Assembly (NCBI GenBank): GCA_963822445.1
Contig: CAWGHO010000003.1
Span: 864,001 to 928,000 of the forward strand
DNA from: an uncultured Acidobacteriota bacterium
Lineage (GTDB): Bacteria > Acidobacteriota > Thermoanaerobaculia > Gp7-AA8
Direction of reading: 5' to 3'
Length of the DNA stretch: 64,000 nt
Position numbers and translations under genes: made by a program. Numbering within the stretch: the first letter of the stretch is position 1; the number at the start of each line of letters is the position of its first letter. Positions 40,502 to 50,180 of this stretch are shown in pieces. The notes beneath the pieces were generated by a model. It did not search any database. It worked only from the letters and a program-made list of their open reading frames with translations, and was not told where the DNA came from.

Positions 40502-41461
40502 ATGTTCAGCTTCGCGAAATTCGGCCCGATGGAGTACGTGATCCATTACTCGGATGGAAAAGTGCGGAGGGAGGGGCGTGGGCTCTCCTTCTTCTACTGG
40601 GTACCGACGTCGACGATCGTCGCCGTCCCCGTAGGTAGCGCAGACGTCCCGTTCGTGTTCAATCAGGTAACTCAGGATTTTCAGACCGTCACGATTCAGG
40701 GTCAGCTCACCTATCGCGTAACGGAGCCGCGCCGACTGGCCGAGGTGCTCGACTTCACCACCGCACGTCTCGGCGGCTATCGAAGCAAGGATCCAGACAA
40801 ACTCGCGCAAAGACTGATCAATCAGGCTCAGACGGCGAGCAGCACGCTCATGGCGCAGCTCACGCTACGCGACGCGTTGCGATCCGCGCCGCGAATCACC
40901 GAGGCGATCATGACTGGCCTTCGCACCTCGCCGGCGATCCAGGCACTCGGCGTTGAGCCCTTGAACGTGGCGATCGTGGCGATTTCGCCAACCCCGGAGA
41001 TGGCGCGTGCGCTCGAGGCTGAGGCGCGGGAAGGCCTGCAGCAGGAAGCCGACATGGCCGTGTACGCCCGGCGCGACAACGCTGTAGCGCAGGAGCGGAA
41101 GATCAAGGAGAGCGAGCTCAATACCGAGATCGCGGTCGAGGAAAAGAAGCGGCAGATTCGCGAGACGCAGATGCAGTCGGAGATCGCCGTGGAGGAGCAG
41201 CGGAAGCAGCTCGTGACGGTGCAGTCGGAAAACGAGCGGACGATGGCCGAGGCGCGGGCGTTCGCGATGCAGGCCACGCTCGAGCCGCTGAAGAACGTCG
41301 ACTGGCGGACGCTGACCGCCATCACCAGCGGCGGTGCCGATACGAGACTTGCCATCGCCCACGCCTTCCGCGAGCTCGCCGAAAACGCGGGGAAGATTGG
41401 AGTGCTCAACATCTCACCCGATCTCCTCGACAACCTTCTCCGCGATTCCTCGGATCGATGA
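40502..41461 (+). CDS. SPFH/band-7 domain protein (NrtX-like)
   Basis: GRGLSFFYW, DFQTVTIQGQLTYR, ARALEA..RE and coiled-coil EADMAVYARR..E.ER.I.E.EL.TEI. Confidence 0.82.
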   Translation: MFSFAKFGPMEYVIHYSDGKVRREGRGLSFFYWVPTSTIVAVPVGSADVPFVFNQVTQDFQTVTIQGQLTYRVTEPRRLAEVLDFTTARLGGYRSKDPDKLAQRLINQAQTASSTLMAQLTLRDALRSAPRITEAIMTGLRTSPAIQALGVEPLNVAIVAISPTPEMARALEAEAREGLQQEADMAVYARRDNAVAQERKIKESELNTEIAVEEKKRQIRETQMQSEIAVEEQRKQLVTVQSENERTMAEARAFAMQATLEPLKNVDWRTLTAITSGGADTRLAIAHAFRELAENAGKIGVLNISPDLLDNLLRDSSDR

Positions 41462-42411
41462 TCGAAAAAGCGGTGGTCGTCCGCCGCAGCACGCGGCTCG
41501 AGGAGTTGATCGCCCGCTTCAACACGCGCGAGCAGGCGAAGTTCTACATCGAGCACGCCGGCGGCGACTTCGCCGACTACGAGCGCGAACACGACAATTA
41601 CCGCCGCGGACTGGATGCTGTCGAAGCGTCGCTGCGGCCGATCGTGAAGGTGCAGGTCATCGACCGGTCCTTCCTCCCGAACTTCATTGTCGCGCCCGAT
41701 CAAGTGATCATCACCGTCGGCCAGGACGGCCTTGTGGCGAACACCGCAAAGTACGTGCGGGGCACGCCGATCGTGGCCGTCAATCCCGATCCGGAACGGT
41801 TCGACGGCGTCCTGCTGCCGTTCCTGGCGGCCGAGGCCGCGCCGGCGGTGCGACTCGTCCAGGAGCGCGCCGCTCGCGTGCAGAAGATCACCATGGCCAT
41901 GGCGACGCTGAGCGACGGCCAGCGGCTGCTCGCGTTCAACGACTTTTTCATTGGCGCAGCCAGCCACGTTTCCGCGCGATACCGGCTGACCCACCGTGGC
42001 CGCACCGAAGAGCAGTCGTCCAGCGGTGTGCTTGTTTCGACCGGCGCGGGTTCGACCGGCTGGCTCAGCTCCGTGTTCAACATGGCCCGCGGCGTCGCCG
42101 AGTTCACGGGCGGCAACCCCGGTGCGGCGACACGATTGCCTCGCGAGGCGCGGAGGCTCCTCTTCGTCGTCCGCGAGCCCTTCGTCAGCCGCGCGTCGGG
42201 AGCGGAGATCGTGGTCGGCAGCATCGAAGGCGACGCGCCGCTGTCGATCGAGTCGCACATGCCGCGGAACGGCGTGATCTTCAGCGACGGCGTGGAGACC
42301 GACTACCTTGCTTTCAACTCAGGGGCGATTGCCAGCATCGGCGTCGCGCCGGAAGTCGCGAATCTGGTGATGAAATCCGCGACTACTCGCCGAGCGCCGC
42401 GTAGGTCATGA
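41458..42411 (+). CDS. NAD-kinase-like protein (NrtY-like)
   Basis: VGQDGLVANTAKY, AFNDFFIG, SSGVLVSTGAGSTGW, VREPF and FSDG; ATGA overlap with the SPFH gene. Confidence 0.8.
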   Translation: MIEKAVVVRRSTRLEELIARFNTREQAKFYIEHAGGDFADYEREHDNYRRGLDAVEASLRPIVKVQVIDRSFLPNFIVAPDQVIITVGQDGLVANTAKYVRGTPIVAVNPDPERFDGVLLPFLAAEAAPAVRLVQERAARVQKITMAMATLSDGQRLLAFNDFFIGAASHVSARYRLTHRGRTEEQSSSGVLVSTGAGSTGWLSSVFNMARGVAEFTGGNPGAATRLPREARRLLFVVREPFVSRASGAEIVVGSIEGDAPLSIESHMPRNGVIFSDGVETDYLAFNSGAIASIGVAPEVANLVMKSATTRRAPRRS

Positions 42412-42454
42412 GCCGCCACCGCGCCCCTTGCGCCTCGCGAATCCGCGCGGCCAG
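42383..42454 (-). pseudogene. relic duplicate of the last 24 codons of the M49 peptidase gene
   Basis: Translates LAARIREAQGARWRLMTYAALGE*, versus LAARIREAQGARWRLMAYGALGQ* at 44134-44205; 60/72 nt identical by hand count. Confidence 0.85.
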
Positions 42455-42489
42455 GCGTCCACTTCAAAAGAGCAGTCCGCCGCATTCCG

Positions 42490-43245
42490 TCATAGAGCAG
42501 ACTTCGGGGCGTTACCCTTTGCGCGTCCGACGAGCCTGAGAAACTCGGCGACTATCGCGTTCGAAAACAAGCCGAGCATGACACCGCCGTAAAAATCGCG
42601 CACATCGATCGCGATGGGGAGCGGGATTACCCCCTTTTGCGTCACCTTGCTGATCAGGCAGAAAATCACGACAGCGATCACTCCGATCACGAACTGTTTA
42701 CGAATTGTCTTCCGGCTCAACCGCAGCGGTTTTACGGCCGCGTAGAAAGCGATCAGCAGCAGGACTCCCACCATACCGCCCGCAACGATCAGGAAGAACG
42801 ATGGCGCGGGCGCGATGTCGATCGTGACGTTGAAGTCCTGTTCCTGGGCCTCGGCGGCGGGCCGGTGAGTAACGACATGCACGGTGGCGGTGGCTATGTT
42901 CTGTCGCCATTGAAAAAACACCGGCCGAAACGCGTTGTACCACTCGATTTCAGGAATGATGATGAGGACCTCCATCGGCTCCTGGGGATCGAGGTCGCCC
43001 GTCACCATCTGCTCGACCGCCGGGCGCCTTCCGGAGGAAACCATCGATACTGGCAACTGCACTCTTGCTTGTGTGACGTCTATGTAAGTGTCGGCGCTGT
43101 TGTTTTTGATCTGCAGCCGGATCTCGATCGGCCCGGTCAATCCGTTCGACTCGACCATCGGCTTGATTTCGAGCATGCTTTGCCCGCGCGCTTTCGGAAC
43201 AATGAGTGCGGCGCAGAGCAGCACGATTCGCAGGCGAGGTGTCAT
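42490..43245 (-). CDS. hypothetical membrane protein in a lower-GC islet
   Basis: Signal-like N-terminus, beta-rich domain and three C-terminal TM segments; ATGA overlap with the upstream ORF; atypical codon usage. Confidence 0.6.
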   Translation of the reverse strand: MTPRLRIVLLCAALIVPKARGQSMLEIKPMVESNGLTGPIEIRLQIKNNSADTYIDVTQARVQLPVSMVSSGRRPAVEQMVTGDLDPQEPMEVLIIIPEIEWYNAFRPVFFQWRQNIATATVHVVTHRPAAEAQEQDFNVTIDIAPAPSFFLIVAGGMVGVLLLIAFYAAVKPLRLSRKTIRKQFVIGVIAVVIFCLISKVTQKGVIPLPIAIDVRDFYGGVMLGLFSNAIVAEFLRLVGRAKGNAPKSAL

Positions 43246-43994
43246 AGGCCCGACTGCGATAGAAGTTGTTCCACCATCACGAGTCTCCCGTGCGCATACC
43301 CCCGGCTCCGGCCGGTCCCCTTCGCCACTTGTTCGAGAACGGTTCGGAACGCTTTCCAATGCACCGCATATTCAGGGTCCCTGCGGAGACGTGCCTTGAT
43401 CGCCTGGTCGGTCATGATGGACTCCAGCGAGAGGCGCAATGAGCCTTCCCACAACTTCAGCGACTCGACGTTGAAGTAATAGGCGGTCTCCAGCGGGATA
43501 GCCTCAAAGTCGTAGATCAGGTCGTCGCGAGTACCGGCGAGAATCCTCGCCGAACCGAGATTCTCCACGACTGTCTCGATACGAATGACTGGCAATTGGT
43601 TCGTGAGCCCGCCCTGCTCGACGCGCCGGAACCACACGATGTATCGCGTCGCGACCGTTACCGCCATTTTCCGGTACCGCGTCGTCAGGAACGGCAAGTG
43701 CTCCGGCGCGCGCTCCGCCGCGCGATTACATGCTTGTAGATATTCGTAGAGAAATCGTTCCTGGAGGGGTATCGCTGCGCTCGCGAAATCGACCGAATCG
43801 AGATTCGGCTCGTAATAGTTCTTGATCGCTGAGCGCGGATCGGTGCGGCTCGCACGATCGCCTTTGTTGGTGATCGTCTCGAAAGGAGACCCGGCATCGG
43901 ACGCTCCGCCGAAAACGGTCCAGAATGCACAAGCCAGTGCAAGGGCGGCAGTCAGGCGCCGTACACGACGTGCGCTCGCTGCCTTCAGCCACAT
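43242..43994 (-). CDS. hypothetical secreted protein in a lower-GC islet
   Basis: GGGAGG RBS before ATG 43994; hydrophobic N-terminal segment; atypical codon usage. Confidence 0.6.
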   Translation of the reverse strand: MWLKAASARRVRRLTAALALACAFWTVFGGASDAGSPFETITNKGDRASRTDPRSAIKNYYEPNLDSVDFASAAIPLQERFLYEYLQACNRAAERAPEHLPFLTTRYRKMAVTVATRYIVWFRRVEQGGLTNQLPVIRIETVVENLGSARILAGTRDDLIYDFEAIPLETAYYFNVESLKLWEGSLRLSLESIMTDQAIKARLRRDPEYAVHWKAFRTVLEQVAKGTGRSRGYAHGRLVMVEQLLSQSGL

Positions 43995-44133
43995 GTGTAG
44001 CCTCCCGTCGGTTACGGACGTAAGAAAAGATTGCTCGAAGGAACGCCATCCATTCTTACGCGGCAGCGTAGCGCCGTCAAGGTGACTGGCAAGGACGGAG
44101 ACGACGATGCGCCCGCACAATTAACGGCCGCTG

Positions 44134-45834
44134 CTACTGGCCGAGCGCGCCATAAGCCATGAGTCGCCACCGCGCCCCTTGCGCCTCTCTGATCCTCGCC
44201 GCCAGTTTTTCGTGGGTGTCGTTCCACATCGTCCAGCGCTCGAAGAACTTCGCGATCGCGTCTTTGTCGCCGGTCTGCTGCAGGCGGAGCACTTCCTTCA
44301 GCAGCGACGTCACCACTTCCGCGTATTTGTCGTAGTGAATGGTCAGGCGCGCGGTCTGCGAGTCGGCTTCGAGCAGGCCGTGCTCGAGGAACCAGTTGAA
44401 CTGCATGAGCTGCATGGTCTGGTAGGGCTGGTCGCTGCGTGGTTTCACGTTCTGCAGCGTGCGACGGATGCCGCTGGCCTGAATCGCGCGGAGCGAGGGG
44501 TGATTCATCCGGTGCAGGGCGAAGAGCGACACCAGGTCGGACTTCATCTCCTCGACCGCGTCGGTGTACTCCTCCAGCTTGTCCGTTTCCGCGGGGCCGA
44601 GGTAGTGACCGATCTCGTGCCAGAGCGTGCGCAGATAGTTGCCGTCGTCGGCGAGGTCGTTCGCGTGCGCATCGACCGTCGCCGCGCGGAACACGCGCAG
44701 GTCGGCGGCGAAGATGCCGGGGTGCCGCATGATGTTCTGGCGGAGGAGGATCGTGCGGCCGTAACGTCGCGCGAACAGCGGATCGTTCGGCAGGATCGTG
44801 GCTGTGTTGGCGCTGCGGGCCTGGCCGAAATCGGCGATGACGTCGTAGACGCCGACGGGGATGTGATCGCGGACGCGTTTCTCGCTTTCGTACGGCAGCG
44901 CGTCTTCGATCGATTGCAGGCTGCCGAGCGCGCGGCGAAGCTCCGCGGTCGCCTTCTCATTCGTCAGTAGGATGCTCATCGAATGAAATGCTTTCGCGCC
45001 GTACAGCGCGTCGTCGTAACTCTCGTACGCGCCGATCTGCGCGTTGAATCGCTTGAAGCGGCCGGTGACCCATGACGCGTCGCCGCTCTCGTAATCGTTC
45101 GTGATGAGGTCGCGGGCGCGGTTGCGCAGGTAACGCGCGAACTCGGCGTCGCTCGCTTCGAGCTTCGTGGCGGCGCGCATCAGCAGGCGTTGCGCTTCGA
45201 AGAGGTGATCGGCATACGCGAGCGAATACGGCACGGCGTAGAACGATTTCGGATCGACTTCCATCGCCTGTAGCCGTGCTGTCAGTTCCGGATGAAGCAC
45301 GCGGAGCGCGGCATTCGCGGCGAGCGTGTTCCGATCGCGGGTCAGACTCTCTTTCGTCGCGCGGCGGACGACCGTACGTTCGGCGAGGATCTCGTCACGA
45401 CGCGTAGGATTCGCGGCGAGAAAGGCGTCGAGCTCTTCGCGGGTCACGTCAATCGGGTAGACGTTTCGACCCGGCACGGTCGCGGCGACCGGCAGAAAGG
45501 CCTCGCGTTTGTTGTCGAGGGTCACCGCGATCGGACCGTGATGGAGCGCGTACAGCGTCAGGAGATTGGCAGTCTGCTTCGTGCGCGGCAGCTCCATCAG
45601 TTTCTTGTGCGCCGTCAGCGCCTCATGGTGGCGCGAGTGTTCGTAAAGCCGCTGCATGATTGCGCCGGCTTCGAGCAGGTCCTTCAACGCCGCGCGCTCG
45701 TTTTCATCGAGCGCGTCGAGATCGGGTGCGAGACGGATCGTTTCCGTCTTCGCCAGCAGCTCGTTCGACTTCGACTCGGGCCAGTAGCCGCTCGGAATCA
45801 CGGTGGCGAGAATGACGAGGAGCGTTTCGATCAT
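44134..45834 (-). CDS. peptidase M49 (dipeptidyl-peptidase III-like, bacterial HExxH type)
   Basis: GRNVYP, IGAYESYDD, ATILPND, WHEIGH and EEMKSD. Confidence 0.75.
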   Translation of the reverse strand: MIETLLVILATVIPSGYWPESKSNELLAKTETIRLAPDLDALDENERAALKDLLEAGAIMQRLYEHSRHHEALTAHKKLMELPRTKQTANLLTLYALHHGPIAVTLDNKREAFLPVAATVPGRNVYPIDVTREELDAFLAANPTRRDEILAERTVVRRATKESLTRDRNTLAANAALRVLHPELTARLQAMEVDPKSFYAVPYSLAYADHLFEAQRLLMRAATKLEASDAEFARYLRNRARDLITNDYESGDASWVTGRFKRFNAQIGAYESYDDALYGAKAFHSMSILLTNEKATAELRRALGSLQSIEDALPYESEKRVRDHIPVGVYDVIADFGQARSANTATILPNDPLFARRYGRTILLRQNIMRHPGIFAADLRVFRAATVDAHANDLADDGNYLRTLWHEIGHYLGPAETDKLEEYTDAVEEMKSDLVSLFALHRMNHPSLRAIQASGIRRTLQNVKPRSDQPYQTMQLMQFNWFLEHGLLEADSQTARLTIHYDKYAEVVTSLLKEVLRLQQTGDKDAIAKFFERWTMWNDTHEKLAARIREAQGARWRLMAYGALGQ

Positions 45835-45850
45835 GGGCGCGGAGAGTAAC

Positions 45851-46474
45851 TCAGCGCCGGCCGTACAACGCAACGACCAGCGGACCGCGATACCCGCGCT
45901 GGGGCGAGTCGTCGGCGAAGGCGATGCCGACCTCGTTGAAGCTGGTCTGGAGGATGTTCTCGCGGTGACCGGGCGAGTTCATCCAGCCGGTGACGACGGA
46001 CTGGCCGCTCCGGTATCCGAGGGCGAGGTTCTCGCCGATGACGCGATAGCTGTAGCCGCGGGCCTTCACCCAGACGAACGGGCTGACGCCGTCCGGCGAG
46101 ACGTGATCGAAATAGCGCTTGTCGAGCATGTCGCCGACGCGGTCCTGCGCGGCGAGGCTGAGGCGCGACTCGAGGTGCAGCGGGTCGAGACCCTTCGCGG
46201 CGCGCTCGCGGTTCATGGCAGCGACGATGGTCTCGGCGAAACCGGCCGATGGCGCCGGCCTCTGCTGCTGCTGCGGTACGCGTTCGGGGACGGGAATGCG
46301 CTTCTGCGCTCCTTCGACGACGACGCTTCCGCGGCCGAGGGCTCGCTCGAGGTCGGCGGCGAGGCGCTCCAGGTCTGTCCTTCCGCGGCTGCGATTTTCC
46401 GCGAAGAGGGACAGCGGGAAGAGCAGCGCGAACGCGGCGAGGTACGACGTAAATCGTTGAGTCTTCGAGAACAT
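45851..46474 (-). CDS. CAP (SCP-like) domain protein
   Basis: YFDHVSPDG, GENLA and WMNSPGHRENIL. Confidence 0.9.
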   Translation of the reverse strand: MFSKTQRFTSYLAAFALLFPLSLFAENRSRGRTDLERLAADLERALGRGSVVVEGAQKRIPVPERVPQQQQRPAPSAGFAETIVAAMNRERAAKGLDPLHLESRLSLAAQDRVGDMLDKRYFDHVSPDGVSPFVWVKARGYSYRVIGENLALGYRSGQSVVTGWMNSPGHRENILQTSFNEVGIAFADDSPQRGYRGPLVVALYGRR

Positions 46475-46546
46475 GACCGGGCTCCGTAAGTTTGGACGAG
46501 CACGTACATCGCAATCGGCAGACCACCTCGTAGACTACGCCGGCCC

Positions 46547-47224
46547 ATGTGCCTGATCGCCATCGCTCACCGCGCGTCGCCGCGCTATCCTCTGGTCGTC
46601 GCCGCGAATCGCGATGAGGAGTACGCGCGGCCCTCGCACGCCGCCGACTTCTGGCCCGACGCGCCGCAAGTCCTCGGCGGACGCGATGCCGTGGCCAATG
46701 GATCGTGGCTGGCCCTCACGCGAGCGGGGCGATTCGCGGCGGTCACGAATCTGCGGGGTGCCACGCCGCGGTCACGATCGCGCGGAGAGCTGGTGAGCGC
46801 GTTCGTCACCGGCGACGCGGATCCGCTTTCGTACGCGCGCTCGATCGACGTCGCGAACTACGCCGGGTTTCATCTGCTGGTGGGAGAGGTCGGCGGGGAC
46901 GTCGTGTATCTGGCCAGCAGTGGCGAGCTGGCCAACCTCGATCCCGGTGTTTACGCGTTCAGCAACGCGCCGTCGGGCGAGCATTGGCCGAAAGAAACAC
47001 TGGCCGTGGAAGCGATGCAGAGCGCGTTGGCCAGTGAGGTGATCGACGACGAACTGATGCGCTTTCTGACCGCGCGGCGAGGCTCCGGCTCTGTCGAAAC
47101 GGAAGTCTTCATCGAAAGCGAGCGCTACGGGACGCGAGCGTCGACAGTGATCGTCGCAACGGCCAACGAGCTGCGGTTTGCCGAGCGTGCCGCGGCGACG
47201 CGCCGTTACTCGTTCGTTTTGTAG
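46547..47224 (+). CDS. NRDE/TANGO2 family protein
   Basis: MCLI..ANRDE, GGRD..GSWL, SRGELV and YGTRASTV. Confidence 0.92.
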   Translation: MCLIAIAHRASPRYPLVVAANRDEEYARPSHAADFWPDAPQVLGGRDAVANGSWLALTRAGRFAAVTNLRGATPRSRSRGELVSAFVTGDADPLSYARSIDVANYAGFHLLVGEVGGDVVYLASSGELANLDPGVYAFSNAPSGEHWPKETLAVEAMQSALASEVIDDELMRFLTARRGSGSVETEVFIESERYGTRASTVIVATANELRFAERAAATRRYSFVL

Positions 47225-47409
47225 GTGTCGCGGATGTTCAGCGTCGCGTCGGGATCGTCGGCCTTGTCGTCGCCGGTGTCGCGGACGTGGTCCTCGTGAC
47301 TTCCCGCGCCGCTCCAGCCGCCGTCGCGGGCGTAATCGTCGCCGAAGCCTTCCCGATGCGTGTCTCTCGCGTAGTCGCCGCCCAGCTCACCACTCTTCTT
47401 TTCGGTCAT
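47206..47409 (-). CDS. small acidic hypothetical protein
   Basis: AAGGAG RBS before ATG 47409; internal repeat G.DYARD. Confidence 0.55.
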   Translation of the reverse strand: MTEKKSGELGGDYARDTHREGFGDDYARDGGWSGAGSHEDHVRDTGDDKADDPDATLNIRDTYKTNE

Positions 47410-47457
47410 GAGGTGCTCCTTCTCCATGACCGGTACTGCAATTACGATGCACCGCGG

Positions 47458-48075
47458 TTGACCTCACCCGAACACCTCTCCGCCGCCGAATACATTCTCC
47501 TCGCCGAGATGCATCACGCCTCCCTCGCGGAGTTCGTCATCGAGTACTTCATCCGCCGGCGAACCTGGGTGGTCTGGCTGCATCACGCGATGTCGCTGAT
47601 CACCATCGCCGCGGTGGCCCTGGTCATCGACGCGCAGGACACGACGCTCCGCGCGGGGCTGGCTGCATTCGGCCTGGCCTTCGCCGCCTTGCTCGTGGTC
47701 ATTCTTCCAATTCACGAGCTTCTGCACGCCGCGGCGTACAGGCTGGCCGGCGCGCGCGACATCCGCTGGGACTATTCGATGAAGATGGCCGCGGTCTGGG
47801 TGATCGCCCATCGATTCGTCGCGACCACCAAGCCGTTCATCTTCGTGGCCCTCGCGCCGTTCGCGATCAACGTCGTCCTGATCCTCGGCGCGATCCTCGT
47901 CCCGAAGCTCGCCGTGTTCCTGCTCTTCGTCCTGCTCTGGCATCTTCACGGCGCGATCGGCGATTGGTCCCTCCTCAACTTCATCTGGATTCACCGCCGC
48001 GTCGGCTTCTGGACGTTCGACGACGCCGATGCCGGCAAGTCGTACTTTTATGGACGGGCGGGCGAGGGCGTGTAG
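47458..48075 (+). CDS. DUF3267-like membrane zincin protein
   Basis: TM helices; IHELLH, ALAPF and GAIGD. Start uncertain. Confidence 0.7.
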   Translation: MTSPEHLSAAEYILLAEMHHASLAEFVIEYFIRRRTWVVWLHHAMSLITIAAVALVIDAQDTTLRAGLAAFGLAFAALLVVILPIHELLHAAAYRLAGARDIRWDYSMKMAAVWVIAHRFVATTKPFIFVALAPFAINVVLILGAILVPKLAVFLLFVLLWHLHGAIGDWSLLNFIWIHRRVGFWTFDDADAGKSYFYGRAGEGV

Positions 48076-48086
48076 CATGAGCATCC

Positions 48087-48389
48087 ATGTCCGCGTTCGT
48101 CGAAGCGTTGCTGGTGCTGCTTCCTCCCGATGCCGGCGGGCGTCACAACCCGGTCGCGCCGCGCGACGGCTCGTACCGTCCCTTTGCCTGGTTCGACGAA
48201 CAGCTCACGCGCATCCGCCTGCTCGAAGGTCCGGCCCTGCTCGCGCCGGGCGAGGAAGCGCGGGTGGTTCTCGAGATCGAGTCCGACCTGGACATGACCC
48301 GCGGCGATGAGCTGCGCGTCGTCGAGCATGACGATCGCGTGGTCGGCATCGCCACCGTTGTTCGCGTCTGCCGTCCCGTCACCGTATGA
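48087..48389 (+). CDS. stand-alone EF-Tu domain III-like protein
   Basis: VEALLVLL..AGGRHNP....YRP....EGPALLAPGE.......E..RVVGIATV parallels EF-Tu FEAEVYVL..EGGRHTP..GYRP..EG.EMVMPGD..IREGGRTVGAGVV. Confidence 0.7.
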   Translation: MSAFVEALLVLLPPDAGGRHNPVAPRDGSYRPFAWFDEQLTRIRLLEGPALLAPGEEARVVLEIESDLDMTRGDELRVVEHDDRVVGIATVVRVCRPVTV

Positions 48390-48847
48390 AAATCATCGCC
48401 AGTCTCGCGATCGCTCTCCTCGTTTCCTGCGCGTCCTCGACCGACGTCATCGACAAGCGCCAGCTCGGCTGCGACCCCGGCCAGGACATTTCCATCCTGG
48501 CCGGAGTCGACGCACCGGGGTTGCACATGGACGGCACCCAGGACCAGTTCGAGGCCTTCGTCGAGGTCAGCAACAACTCCCACGAGGAAGTGACGGTGAA
48601 GACCATCCGCGTCGAGCAGGTCGAGAACGAGTCCTCGCCGTATCTCGTCGAGACCGGTTACGGCAAATACGATCAGGTCATCCCCGAAGGGAAGGACCAC
48701 ATGTTCAAGATCCCCCTTCGCGGCCGCGCCGCGCAGAACGCGAACCGCGCCCTCAGGTCCCAGCCGGGGCTCGAGCTCGCCGTGAACGTGGCTTTGACGA
48801 ACGGGGACTCTTACCTGTGCCGGTTCGTGGTGGCTTCTTCTCGCTGA
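48386..48847 (+). CDS. lipoprotein, hypothetical
   Basis: Lipobox LVSC; ATGA overlap with the previous gene. Confidence 0.7.
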   Translation: MKIIASLAIALLVSCASSTDVIDKRQLGCDPGQDISILAGVDAPGLHMDGTQDQFEAFVEVSNNSHEEVTVKTIRVEQVENESSPYLVETGYGKYDQVIPEGKDHMFKIPLRGRAAQNANRALRSQPGLELAVNVALTNGDSYLCRFVVASSR

Positions 48848-49244
48848 CCGGGGGTTTGGCGCGGGGCGGATCGGCCGGCTGAAATTCGCCGAGGTAACGG
48901 GATGGCGGCCGCAGTTCCGGGGCGATGTTTGCCAGCGTCGCTCGCGCATACCCGCGCAGGACGAGCTCGCGATTGAGAAACAGCGCGTCCGGCGAGCGAT
49001 AGACCAGATATTCGCCGTTGCCCGCCGACTCGACCATCACCCAGGCGTTGCCGATGGTCCAGTGAAGCAGGTCGCGCGCTCGCGCGTCGTCACTCACTTC
49101 CACGCCGGCCAGGCGCACTGACTCCCGAGCGCCGTTGCGCTCGATCGTGATGGTCCGGCCATTTTCAATTGCCACGACGCGCACCATCGCCGCTTCGACG
49201 CGGAGCGCTGCCACGAGAAAAATCACTACAGAGAAAAATCGCAT
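48753..49244 (-). CDS. thermonuclease (SNase)-like fold protein, probably degenerate
   Basis: VVAIENGRTI..VRLAGVE and LNRELVLRGYAR; the catalytic DGDT motif is altered. Confidence 0.6.
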   Translation of the reverse strand: MRFFSVVIFLVAALRVEAAMVRVVAIENGRTITIERNGARESVRLAGVEVSDDARARDLLHWTIGNAWVMVESAGNGEYLVYRSPDALFLNRELVLRGYARATLANIAPELRPPSRYLGEFQPADPPRAKPPVSEKKPPRTGTGKSPRSSKPRSRRARAPAGT

Positions 49245-49352
49245 GCTTGTTTTGGAACGGGAGGAAAGGGATTGCGACCGCGGCAGGCGGCGTCAGGTGT
49301 GGGAGGCGAACGATAGCACAACCGGCATCGAGTTTGCCGCAGCGACGCGCGC

Positions 49353-50111
49353 GTGAATCGACTTCTCGTCTTCCTCCTTTTCCTCGTCATCAGTTGCGCG
49401 CGCGCAGAAACGGCGGAAGGTCCGCGGCACGACCCGAAGCCGAAGCCGATCGAGTGCGTGCAGCGATGGACGCCGGTCGCGAACGGCATCGACTACCGCA
49501 TGCTCAGCTGCACCGCGGATCGCTTCGATCTACACCTCGTCCGCGTCGATCCCAAGGTCGCGCAGATCGACGCCGTCGTTCGGCCCGGCCAGTCCGCTAC
49601 CGATCTCGGCCGCGAGTACACCTTCGCCGTCAACGCCAACTTCTTCGACGAGAACTTCCGCCCCCTCGGCGCAGTCGTCACCAGCGGCAAGGAAGTGAAT
49701 CGGCTCCATCCGGTGAGCTGGCAGTCGGTGTTTTACGTCGACCGCGAGCGCGCGCCGCACATCGTGCCGATGGAGAAGTGGAAGGACGTGCGCGGATCGG
49801 CGACCGCCGCGTCGCAGTGCGGGCCGCGTCTGGTGATCGGCGGCGAAAAGAACAAGGTCGCGAAAGCAGAATCGACCTGGCGCAGTGGCGTGTGCATCGA
49901 TCCGGAGAAGCGGGTGATCTTCTTCGCCACGCCTCCCGAGACCCAGCTCGACGTGCATCAGATGGTCGCGCTCGCCGTCGGCGCGATGCGTTGCCGCGAC
50001 GCGATGCTGTTCGACGGCGGGCCGTCGACGCAGATGTATCTGCGGAGGGAAGACGGGGCGGTCACGGTCGAGGGCGACAAGCGCGTCCCGGCGTACGTGG
50101 TAGTTCGCTAA
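49353..50111 (+). CDS. phosphodiester glycosidase (NAGPA/DUF2233) family protein
   Basis: AVNANFF, QCGPRLV, WRSGV and AMLFDGGPST. Confidence 0.8.
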   Translation: MNRLLVFLLFLVISCARAETAEGPRHDPKPKPIECVQRWTPVANGIDYRMLSCTADRFDLHLVRVDPKVAQIDAVVRPGQSATDLGREYTFAVNANFFDENFRPLGAVVTSGKEVNRLHPVSWQSVFYVDRERAPHIVPMEKWKDVRGSATAASQCGPRLVIGGEKNKVAKAESTWRSGVCIDPEKRVIFFATPPETQLDVHQMVALAVGAMRCRDAMLFDGGPSTQMYLRREDGAVTVEGDKRVPAYVVVR

Positions 50112-50180
50112 ATCTCTGAAATGGCAGAGCTTAAATGGCATCTCCCTCGCACTGGAGAAAGGGGCGAAGGAGGAACGTGA

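Noticed and set aside
37970-41461. Apparent 1163-aa protein
   Set aside because: Only the part from ATG 40502 (SPFH) is credible; the rest is antisense to the metalloprotease gene.
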